This document shows, in pieces, positions 18,701 to 25,441 of a stretch of DNA of 64,000 nt (position 1 is its first letter; every line of letters starts with the position of its first letter). Source of the DNA: an uncultured Actinomycetes bacterium (GTDB lineage: Bacteria; Actinomycetota; Thermoleophilia; RBG-16-64-13). The translations under genes were made by a program, and so were the position numbers. Location of the stretch: NCBI GenBank assembly GCA_963841735.1, contig CAWJDT010000001.1, forward strand, positions 864,001-928,000. Direction: 5' to 3'. The notes under the pieces are model-generated. The model ran no database searches. It was not told where the DNA came from and worked only from the letters and a program-made list of their open reading frames with translations.

Positions 18701-20152
18701 AACCTGCAACTGCAGAGCGTGGGCATCGCCGGTTCTATCGTCTCCAGCTACACATACACCTCTGCTGGCCGGCTGGCCACCGCCACCACGAACGGTGTCA
18801 CCGAGACCGACACCTTCGACCCGTCGGGCAACATCACCAGTATCGGCGCAGGCACGTCTCTTACCTACGGCGAGAATGGCACCCCGCCCAATCAGCTAAG
18901 CACCATGACCGTGGGCGGAGTGACCATTTGCTTCACCTTTGACGCGACCAAGCGCTGGCGAACCGCCCAAGGCCCACAAGGCAACCCGGATGCCATCGCC
19001 TTTAGCTATACGGGAACCGGGAGGCTCGCCAGCTACTACGACGAGACCCGCAACCTCACCGCCACCTACTCCTACGATGCAAATGGGCAGCGCACCCACT
19101 CCCAGGTGGTCCAGACCGGGCAGGACACCCAAGAGACCGACTTCATCTACGAAGGGATCACCCTAAAGAGCCTCTCGGCCTCCAAAGGTTCTGCCAGCTG
19201 GAAGATCACCTACCTATATGACGAGGCCGGCCGACTCTACGGCGGTGTCTACCGCAGCCCCGCGACTAGCACGACGCCCGTCTTCTTCGGAGTGGTCACC
19301 ACCGACCGGGGAGATGTGGTCGAGCTTCTGGACGCAGCTGGCAACCCCTTCGTCGCCTACCGGTACGATGCCTGGGGCAATCCCCAAGGAAGCGGGAACG
19401 TGGGCACTGGCATCTGGAGCCAATCGACCGGGCTCATCACTTCGCAGGTGGCCACCGATATCGCGAGCCGCCAAGTCCTCAAATACGCCAGCTACTGCCT
19501 CGACTCCGAGAGCGGGATGTACTACCTGTCAGCTCGCCAGTACGACCCGATGACCAGGCAGTTCCTCTCCAAGGACCCAGCCAAGGACGACGGAGAAGCA
19601 AGCGCGTATCAGTATTGCGCGGGGGATCCGGTGGGGAGTTGTGATCCATCGGGGACGAAGAAGGCAAAAGTCCTCTTTCCGCCGTACAAGGGATGGGGCT
19701 ACAGGATCAATTGCACCGCACTGATGAAGGAGTGGCTGCGGGTGAACGCGGGCATGGCCCGCAAGAAGCTGATCGAGCACGGTTGCACCTTCGGGGTGAC
19801 GGTGTATGGCGCGCAAGGACTCTGGTTCGCAGATAAAGTCAGGAAAAACGGCGACTGGGATATGAAACTGGCGGCTCCCGTGTGGTATCGGTGGCAATAC
19901 CGTTACCTCGTTCTCCAGACGCCCTGGGGGAGAGTATCTATCAGTCCTGAGGACTTCGGGAATGTTCACTTTGGCTACACCGGGCGTTGGGCAGGATTCT
20001 CTCTGACACAGCTGAAGTACTTTGGAACACGGTATGCGGGAGGAGGCAACGAGGAAAGGGATCGACAGATGGTGAACCTCGGCTACAGGCTGGGAGGCGC
20101 GTGGGGGCATGACTACAGATGGCCGTGGAAGGTGAACGAGTATGTCAAATAG
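12764..20152 (+). CDS. Secreted RHS/YD-repeat polymorphic toxin: signal peptide, DNRLRE-like domain, beta-helix, 3x cell-wall-binding repeat 2, RHS core, Ntox44-like C-terminal toxin
   Basis: ATG 12764 after GGGGGGAC; Sec signal 'MYRTRR...ATA'; 'FPVVIDPT...DTYISS...YRPRLVINY'; 'GDGTHDDTTNIQNAIDAA'; CWB2 'GANRYDTA', 'GTDRYDTA', 'GSDRYDTS' with 'G(E/D)NYPD(A/G)L'; many YD repeats; core 'RYDAWGNP...RQYDPMTRQFLSKDP...DPVGSCDPSG'; tip 'KVRKNGDWDMK...DFGNVHFGYTG...GFS...D'. Confidence 0.9.
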   Translation: MYRTRRLAPFAYVLLLVFLVLTFALGSAAPATAEQGETSAQPVAPAGETVSAGPVAAHAEILSTPVPVRELTEKRTETSRTYLLSDGTKQAEIFQRPINYQDANGHWQPIDARLVPGSLPGTYESASTAVKVGISLDKAKAQPLVSLAYDGALVTLRPVAFPGMGRISAPSVVGTKAKFGWAWAGPVLSYEVIEEGVKETITLPSAGSPDTYVFAIDHAGLALKQDETGQWGLYKPGEITPALVLGDLLVYDSSIDETGSPAVAGGAEMTLEVGKDQSTATITVPKEWLTDPSRVFPVVIDPTVTRYAAGDTYISSLYPNTSYNSATALKVGYYDATTGWNKALVKFYLPSDLTDGGGGYVISANLKLYQHLQYYAGQAMPTHVGMMTKTWTGLSTWNSLGSYAITDAKTISVAMNTWLDLPCADMVQKWASGIASNYGFVVYQMPATEGQTYWRQFRSSEYSDVNYRPRLVINYTTVYDVKADYAAVGDGTHDDTTNIQNAIDAAAAAGGGRVFFPAGTYRTTQPLQLDVSYVTLEGTGASSVLKASGASQTEVVAIGSNVGAVSGLSVKSLGIQVPNGGYGVKVTGAGGGTTIAIAYNTFTGALVDNESSGVQADANFNNVTVLGNDFSGLGALPLNLTVSWSGRSVSGNTLPVSQSYRPDLLWGANRYDTAVRLSKAGYPNGAAAAVLVSGENYPDALSVAPLAVAYDGPTLLTYASALTVDTASELRRLNPSQVFVVGLGTTVQNAVKEALPTATVTAIVGTDRYDTAARVAVQLKAKLGTVSKVVVVPGDNYPDGLTVGPLAAQKGWAILLTPAAGPLPTVTYNCYHTTLGVSSALEVGTSVALPYITNLTQITGSDRYDTSTHVAEYAETLDGKVVFNHMGLATGDNYPDALAVGSYLGKDDGLLLLTNGDAATASVTAELDDHFSWLDELTYVALPNSWVADQNSGLYREPAPQHTAYDLGEFADHDTTATLDRGRLNVGTVDLGIASFGPMAALDRTYSSGVTTAGYFAPGWRFGFERSLTFVDATLTRYSDEAGESCAFVKSDPASSVWSPPSGMSAKLAHGTTNWTLTFPGTGAVLTFDGTSGKLLSEADRNGNAVTYTWSSGYCTAITAANGQQIQLTLNASHKLTQATYATAHGTRQVSYATAAPWTITCYPGTSLSHSLTYSYNGSSQLSGMTATNFTGTTAATESFLYTSGALTEVRFPDYTTVATFPDYNNSSSDAKATIAYNGQSATISRWGCVYASTAPTGQTGTQVVKSVSWDSRGAMVGETNFKVASESGNQTWSYTLSALNEAVLVTTTPLTTLYSASYTPQLLVGSTTDAGGATVSVTYGDPTTVNSDLPLTVTDSLGSTTYYGYDGAGNPTEVTKELTEEGDLGVTRCTYANVTVGSATYRGALVQERKLISGTAQNGIWAVTDYNTDGYYPNGQPKKTVYRDVALYDGQVDPPDLTVTESYDALGNLLTRTDTSGQVAETNTYDLAGRLLTSTGPAFTATVSGSPVSTQVVSHNVYDAWGHLVESYETSSVDTSGTKANWTTTTYDTCGRARQVKTWLFGSPPPSATPANTLTFAYDGLGRQITESDSTISGLPSLSSYDAQGNVVASWASRACSTTYDLVKATRSVTDAGSPAYDALGNALRSAPPGGNPTTYTYYDSGQIHVETQPDGTSITYTYDEAGNTSQEVSSESGTISYAYDLASCCLSATTAAGLTTDFGYDLLGQQVSAGADGQASSQVTYNTQGWALKTADADGFTSTRTYDAAGQVVSEAVQGATTLSTYDFAGHLTLQADPEDRQTDITYDLFGRASETVQTLPGSPRVLISDAVVVFDSLGRPTQSTDSVRGLAHSYTYPQNTPSVTSEVSAVGATGSGLVTSAVSIGTNGLEVSRSVQVESSPQIPTILRSVDTRDTAQRVTKATIDAGAVTDIYAQYLYDSAGRLQRQWGPSTGAGSGYLSTAPSTNAYTYSPATGLKTADNLQLQSVGIAGSIVSSYTYTSAGRLATATTNGVTETDTFDPSGNITSIGAGTSLTYGENGTPPNQLSTMTVGGVTICFTFDATKRWRTAQGPQGNPDAIAFSYTGTGRLASYYDETRNLTATYSYDANGQRTHSQVVQTGQDTQETDFIYEGITLKSLSASKGSASWKITYLYDEAGRLYGGVYRSPATSTTPVFFGVVTTDRGDVVELLDAAGNPFVAYRYDAWGNPQGSGNVGTGIWSQSTGLITSQVATDIASRQVLKYASYCLDSESGMYYLSARQYDPMTRQFLSKDPAKDDGEASAYQYCAGDPVGSCDPSGTKKAKVLFPPYKGWGYRINCTALMKEWLRVNAGMARKKLIEHGCTFGVTVYGAQGLWFADKVRKNGDWDMKLAAPVWYRWQYRYLVLQTPWGRVSISPEDFGNVHFGYTGRWAGFSLTQLKYFGTRYAGGGNEERDRQMVNLGYRLGGAWGHDYRWPWKVNEYVK

Positions 20153-21407
20153 TCTGCCTAAGGGTGCACGGCGGTGGTCACACTGCTTTCTGAACGGTCC
20201 GTACACTCGGATGCACCTCCCACTCCGGATGTGGAATCTGCCGGCCCGTGCTTCGCGCGGAGGTTCCGGGTCTCCCGCCGCAGCGGAGGGATCGCGCAGC
20301 GTTGCTCGATGCACCCGGTTGGCGCTTCTCGGGGTTGCATTGTTCGTCGCGGCTTCTCTGATATCCGCATGCTCGTGCGGGAAGGGGGAGGCCGATTCCT
20401 CCCTATCTCCGGGCACCCAGATGCGAACCGTCGTGGGTCAGTGGGTGCTCCAACGGTCGAGTAGTGGTCTTCCCGGGGAGCGGTATGGGCTCCAGGGCGC
20501 GTACGACCCAGTGGGGCATCAGGTCATCGTCTTCAGCGACATGAGTGGTGGCGAGGATTTGGGAAACTTCCTGGCCGTCTACAACCCAGACCTGAACCGG
20601 TGGACGGAGTTGCACGCTGAAGGCGAGTGGCCGGAGGAACGCGACAGTGCGGCTGTGATGCTAGACCCTGTCGGCCGGACTCTGGTCATCTATGGCGGGA
20701 CGAACTACGACGACGACCCCCTTGGTGATACCTGGACGTACGACCTACTGAAGGCGCGTTGGCATCAGGCAAGTCCCGTTGGCGATCGACCCCGGCCTCG
20801 CTCCGGCGCGGCGACAGCCTTTGATCCGGTCGGCGGGCTGGGCTATGTCTACGGCGGAGAAGGTCAAGACGTAGTGGGGCGTCGGGAAGCACTGGGCGAC
20901 TTGTGGGTCTATGACGTGTCGACGAACAGATGGACCGAACTCCGCCCGTCGGGTGATACTCCTCCCTCCCGCTCGTATGCCGTCATGGTGCTGGATCGTC
21001 TTGGCAACAGGCTCTTGCTGTTCGGTGGTGTGCCGGGTGATGAATACGGTCTCCTCGGGGATCTGTGGGCCTTCGACCTCGCTGCCAGTCGCTGGGCCAA
21101 GCTCCCCCAGGAGGGCGAGACCCCGTCTGCCCGATGGATCTCGGCGGCGGTGGTCTCCGAGGCCACGAACCAGGTCTTCCTCTTCGGAGGTTCGGACACG
21201 GTGGGACTCCAGAACGACGCTTGGCTTTATGATCTTTCGTCGGGTCGATGGGAGCCAGTGTCCGACGGCGCGGGAGATACTCCGGCAGCACGAGGAGGCC
21301 ACGCTCTTCTCATGGACACGGACCATCAAGCACTGGTCCTCTTGGGGGGAACCGGAGCAGAATCAGTGGTGCTCTCTGATCTGTGGGTGTATGGGTTGAG
21401 CAGGTAG
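20142..21407 (+). CDS. Kelch-repeat beta-propeller protein, probably an exported lipoprotein
   Basis: About six repeats of 'xxFGG...LGDLW.YD....W' with 'P..R' linkers; hydrophobic stretch then 'SACSC'. True start uncertain, as the first ~50 codons may be non-coding. Confidence 0.8.
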   Translation: MSNSLPKGARRWSHCFLNGPYTRMHLPLRMWNLPARASRGGSGSPAAAEGSRSVARCTRLALLGVALFVAASLISACSCGKGEADSSLSPGTQMRTVVGQWVLQRSSSGLPGERYGLQGAYDPVGHQVIVFSDMSGGEDLGNFLAVYNPDLNRWTELHAEGEWPEERDSAAVMLDPVGRTLVIYGGTNYDDDPLGDTWTYDLLKARWHQASPVGDRPRPRSGAATAFDPVGGLGYVYGGEGQDVVGRREALGDLWVYDVSTNRWTELRPSGDTPPSRSYAVMVLDRLGNRLLLFGGVPGDEYGLLGDLWAFDLAASRWAKLPQEGETPSARWISAAVVSEATNQVFLFGGSDTVGLQNDAWLYDLSSGRWEPVSDGAGDTPAARGGHALLMDTDHQALVLLGGTGAESVVLSDLWVYGLSR

Positions 21408-21486
21408 CGAGTCCAGACCCTGCGTCGATAGCATGCTACCGGGAGAGTCGGTCTGTCTACTAACGCTAGGCGTAGGAGCGTAGGTC

Positions 21487-22110
21487 ATGGGTAGCCTTCA
21501 TCGCACACTACTGCGGGGGTTGGCGTGGGGTCTGGTGGCGGGTTGCATTGTAGTGGCGGTGTCTGGTTTTGTTATAGGGTGTGCCTATCAGCCGAATATC
21601 TGGGTAAACGGTGTAGACGGCATGAATAGCGGGGGGTTTAGCTATGATATTGCTAACAGCAGAATACTGCACAATGGGTTTGTAGACAGGTTTAAGGTGG
21701 GGTTGAGCAAGGACGCGTTGTTCGATCATCTCCGAGGAAGCTACCAGGTATTTGCAGAGGGCGACGATAGAATACATCTGATATGGAATGGGCAGATATT
21801 TACGGTGCGGCATTACGGGGATGGTCAATACGACTTATATGGTGAGATGTTTTGGGTCACAGATACATATGGAGCAACGTTGAAGTTTCCTTTTCCTACG
21901 GACAAGATCGACACGACAGCCGGAAGCGAACTCTCCCCGCCCCAACCAGCTGTGGGGACGGAGTTTACTGTCAATTGCGACTTGCCGTATCTGATACGGT
22001 TTTATGAGGTGTACGGGGACCGTGTGAAGGTGGAGGGGAATAGGATTAGTTACGGGGGTCTCACTATTGCAGTAGAAGATGGGGGACTCGTTGAGGTGGA
22101 TGTGCCTTAG
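21487..22110 (+). CDS. Hypothetical exported protein/lipoprotein, low GC (candidate immunity or accessory protein)
   Basis: AGGAG SD; hydrophobic N-terminus with Cys ('FVIGC'); spot-counted GC about 43-48%, against about 65% in the flanks. Confidence 0.7.
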   Translation: MGSLHRTLLRGLAWGLVAGCIVVAVSGFVIGCAYQPNIWVNGVDGMNSGGFSYDIANSRILHNGFVDRFKVGLSKDALFDHLRGSYQVFAEGDDRIHLIWNGQIFTVRHYGDGQYDLYGEMFWVTDTYGATLKFPFPTDKIDTTAGSELSPPQPAVGTEFTVNCDLPYLIRFYEVYGDRVKVEGNRISYGGLTIAVEDGGLVEVDVP

Positions 22111-22435
22111 GGTGTCCCGCGTCAAGTTCTTTGGACACTTTCCCCCCAAAGTGGGTGTGGGTCGTCCAGGTAGCGGTCGAGCGGCCGTCTGAATTCCGTC
22201 TGGCGTACCCCGGTTGCGGCGTGGGGTCGGCAGCCGGGCCGGCTGGCGCCGGGATCGTGAGCATGGGTGGCCGTCCGGTCCAGGGGTGCGGAGGCCGGAC
22301 GGCCAACGGCGAGATGGGCACGCCGAGTGCTCCTGCGGACCGTCGGGGGTTGGACCGCAGGTATCGGTAAAGGCTAGCGCCGGGGTCGTAAGAGGGACGT
22401 AAAGGACGGTCCGGTCGTGCTAGCCTCTGCTCATC

Positions 22436-23257
22436 ATGACGCTGCTGGCAAGGATGCTTCGCAATCTGGCAGGGGCCGGGGTGGGCGGTCGGAAGCAGCC
22501 GCGCTCGGCGAACGGGGCGTCGTCGTTCCACCTGTCTTGGGTGACGTCGTCGGGTGAGAGCTTCGGACCCCGGCTGGTCGAGGTGTCCGCCGTGCTTGAA
22601 GTGCTGGCGCCGCCTGGGGTGAAAGCCCTGTACTTCTGGGCTCTGCAGGTGGACCTTGCCGACGATCGGGGCGTGTGGGGGCATGCCCATACCGGTCTGC
22701 AGTGGAACCGGCGCTATCCCGGCGGCACCGCGGTCAACTGGGGCGGGTACGCCGCGGCGGGCCAAGGTGGGGTGACGCTACCGGGCACCGTCTCGCCTCT
22801 GCCCGGGTTCGCCGATGATCCCAACACGTTGTCCTATGCCTGGCAGGCGCACCGGCCCTACCGCATCCGGATCTTCCGATCACCGGGGAATCCGGAAGCC
22901 TGGCGCTCAGAAGTCACCGATCTCACCACGGGCGTCGCAAGTGTGGTCCGCGACCTGACGCCCGCGCCCGGACGGAACACGGCCGAGTCGTTTCTCAGCC
23001 GGCCGATGGTGTGGTCGGAGGTCTTTGCCGACTGTGACGATCCCTCGGTGACTGTGCGCTGGAGCGACTTGCGGGCTGTGGACGCGGGTGGCAACGTGGT
23101 GCGACCCGAGGCGGTGCGGGTGAGCTACCAGGACTACGCGGACGGTGGGTGCCTCAACACCTCGGTGGCGGTGGACGAGACCGGCGGGGTGGTGCAGGCG
23201 ACCAACACGCCGCGGCTGGTGGAAGCAGGCGCGGTGCTGCCTCTGCCGCCGACCTAG
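22436..23257 (+). CDS. Hypothetical beta-rich protein
   Basis: Host-like codon usage; Trp-rich motifs 'SSFHLSW', 'YFWALQV', 'HTGLQW', 'VWSEVFADCD'. No family recognised. Confidence 0.65.
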   Translation: MTLLARMLRNLAGAGVGGRKQPRSANGASSFHLSWVTSSGESFGPRLVEVSAVLEVLAPPGVKALYFWALQVDLADDRGVWGHAHTGLQWNRRYPGGTAVNWGGYAAAGQGGVTLPGTVSPLPGFADDPNTLSYAWQAHRPYRIRIFRSPGNPEAWRSEVTDLTTGVASVVRDLTPAPGRNTAESFLSRPMVWSEVFADCDDPSVTVRWSDLRAVDAGGNVVRPEAVRVSYQDYADGGCLNTSVAVDETGGVVQATNTPRLVEAGAVLPLPPT

Positions 23258-23889
23258 CTCTGGGTGCTTCGGCCCATTAGATGTCCGCCCAGGCCGGTGG
23301 CCCAGAGTAGCAGCGGGTAGACCACCCAGCGCTCCACTCCGCCGATGCCCAGGCCCGCGAAGGGAGCGGAGTCACCCATTATCCAATAGATAAACAAGGT
23401 CGCCAGGGAGACGAGCCCGAGTAGCGCGGAGAAATAGCGGAAGGCTCCTTCTGTGACCGTCCACGAGAGCACGGCGGCCGTCCCTCCGGCTATGAAGGTG
23501 AGTAGAGCGAACACCTCGTGCACCTCGTCGGTGTTCCCCGGAAAGAGGCCGACCCCCAGCGCTCCCAGGCCGAAGAGCGCTATGAGTATCGGCGCCGCCC
23601 AGCGGCGGGTCCCTCTTTGCAGACAGTGCGCGCCCGCCAGGGCCAACACTCCACACACGATCATGGTGACGTTGAAGATGGTGGCCGAAGGCTGGCTGAT
23701 GACGCTGTCGGGTGGTTGGGTGGCGGCGAGGTCGCTGATCTTGTTGAGCGACGTGCTGTAGCCCCCCGGATAGAGAGCCTCGGCGGTGACGATGCCCATG
23801 AAGGCGACGAGACCGGCCGTGAACAAGAGGACACCGGCGATGGCCGGGTAGCGTCTGCGCAGGGCCCGGCCGAAGCGGCTAGTCGGCAT
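23254..23889 (-). CDS. DUF998-like membrane protein
   Basis: Multiple TM segments; 'YPGGYS...ISDL', 'VGLFP...H', 'GGVERW'. Confidence 0.75.
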   Translation of the reverse strand: MPTSRFGRALRRRYPAIAGVLLFTAGLVAFMGIVTAEALYPGGYSTSLNKISDLAATQPPDSVISQPSATIFNVTMIVCGVLALAGAHCLQRGTRRWAAPILIALFGLGALGVGLFPGNTDEVHEVFALLTFIAGGTAAVLSWTVTEGAFRYFSALLGLVSLATLFIYWIMGDSAPFAGLGIGGVERWVVYPLLLWATGLGGHLMGRSTQS

Positions 23890-25348
23890 AGACCAGCCGC
23901 CCTTCGATCTGGCGGTCGACGTTCTGGTGCGCGATGAGCCACTCCTTGAGCACCGTCTGAGCGGAGGTGGCCGCTACCCGGCTGGGCGCCAGCGCAGTCA
24001 GCTCCTCCATGGTGAGGTCAAGGTAGGGCTTGCAGTTCTTGGCATGGTAGCCCTGAAGGATGAGGCTGTAGGTGGCGTCGTCGGCCACCGGAGCGCCGTT
24101 CACCTCAAGTAGGGCCAGACTCCGGGACGTGTTGGAGTACCTCGCCCGCACCGCCCCGTTCACCTGGTAGCACTCTCCTTCGCCATCCCTGTTCTCCGGG
24201 CGCATCCAGTGAGCAAAAGCCTTCTTGAGCGCCGCCCCGCTCACGGTGAAGCGGTTGAGGGAGTCGTCGTAGGGGAAGCACGACATGAAGTCCATGAGGG
24301 TCACGGCCGGTCCCATCTCCTTCACCCGCACCGAGCCTGCCCCCAACAGCACCACGTCGCTCTGGGTGCCTTCGGCCAGAGCGTCGGCCAGCAGATCTCC
24401 TAGGGTGGTCTCCTCTTCCCGAAGGGGATGGGTGAGGGCCTGCGCAAACTTGGTGATCACCACGCCGTACTTGCGGTCGACCACCGATTTGAACGACTCG
24501 ATGAACTCTGCCATGCGCAGATCGGGCTCGGCGATGTGCTCGTCTATGGGGATGAGCTTCCAGTCCCACTCGACGATGGAGTTGGTGTCGTCGTCCACCA
24601 CGATGTCGAAGCGGCCTATCTGGTTGGTGCCGGTGCCGGCCTGCACGATGAGGATGCCGTTGACCTCCTCGGGCTTGGCCAGCAGGGTGTGGCTGTGCCC
24701 TCCGATGATGAGGTCCACGCCCCACTCGGGCCGCAGCATAGCGGCGAGTTCCTTGTCCGACTCGAACCCGATGTGGGTAAGTACGATGGTCAGGTCGATG
24801 TCGTCGGTCTTGAAGGCGTCGCAGATCTTGCCCACCTCCGCGCTCGCTTCCTCCAGAGTCACGAAGGTGCCTATGAGTTCGTCCATCTTGAGCGAATCCA
24901 TGACCTTCTCGGTGAGGATTCCGGTGAACAGGATGTCGAAGCCGGCCTTCTTGATGATGTGATAGGGGCGCATCATGCGCTTCTCGAACGGCTTGATGTA
25001 GAGGTTGGCGTTGACGATGGGGAAGTTGGCGATCTTCTCCAAGAACAGCAGATGAGGTAGGCCGTAGTCCACCTCGTGGTTACCCAGGGCCACGACGTCA
25101 GGAGCCAGGTAGTTCATGATCTGCATGGTGGAAGTGCCCTTGAAATCGGAGTCGATGATGGACCCCTGCACCATGTCGCCCGAGATGACGTAGAGGACGT
25201 TCTCCTCTTCCGCCCGCACCTTGTTGATGTAGCCCGAAAGCAGCGGCAGCCCACCGACGAGTTCGCCGCCTCCCGCCGCCTGCTCGGCCAGGAAGTCCCC
25301 GTGCATGTCGTTGGAGTGGAGAATGGTGAACCTGCGTGTGACGCCCAT
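23879..25348 (-). CDS. Bifunctional metallophosphatase/5'-nucleotidase family protein (no signal peptide)
   Basis: Calcineurin-like motifs 'SNDMHG', 'SGDMVQG', 'GNHE', 'THIG', 'GGHSH', followed by a 5'-nucleotidase C-terminal domain. Confidence 0.88.
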   Translation of the reverse strand: MGVTRRFTILHSNDMHGDFLAEQAAGGGELVGGLPLLSGYINKVRAEEENVLYVISGDMVQGSIIDSDFKGTSTMQIMNYLAPDVVALGNHEVDYGLPHLLFLEKIANFPIVNANLYIKPFEKRMMRPYHIIKKAGFDILFTGILTEKVMDSLKMDELIGTFVTLEEASAEVGKICDAFKTDDIDLTIVLTHIGFESDKELAAMLRPEWGVDLIIGGHSHTLLAKPEEVNGILIVQAGTGTNQIGRFDIVVDDDTNSIVEWDWKLIPIDEHIAEPDLRMAEFIESFKSVVDRKYGVVITKFAQALTHPLREEETTLGDLLADALAEGTQSDVVLLGAGSVRVKEMGPAVTLMDFMSCFPYDDSLNRFTVSGAALKKAFAHWMRPENRDGEGECYQVNGAVRARYSNTSRSLALLEVNGAPVADDATYSLILQGYHAKNCKPYLDLTMEELTALAPSRVAATSAQTVLKEWLIAHQNVDRQIEGRLVYAD

Positions 25349-25441
25349 GTCTGCCCCCAGTGGTGAGTTACGGCGTTCGGGCTAGGGCCCGAACGACCCG
25401 CGGGTGGTCACGTACATCGTAGCATCGCGCCTAGGCAGGCC

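Noticed and set aside
19529-20464. 295-aa antisense ORF and 96-aa alternative-frame ORF as possible immunity genes
   Set aside because: They overlap well-supported genes and have low-complexity, shadow-like composition.
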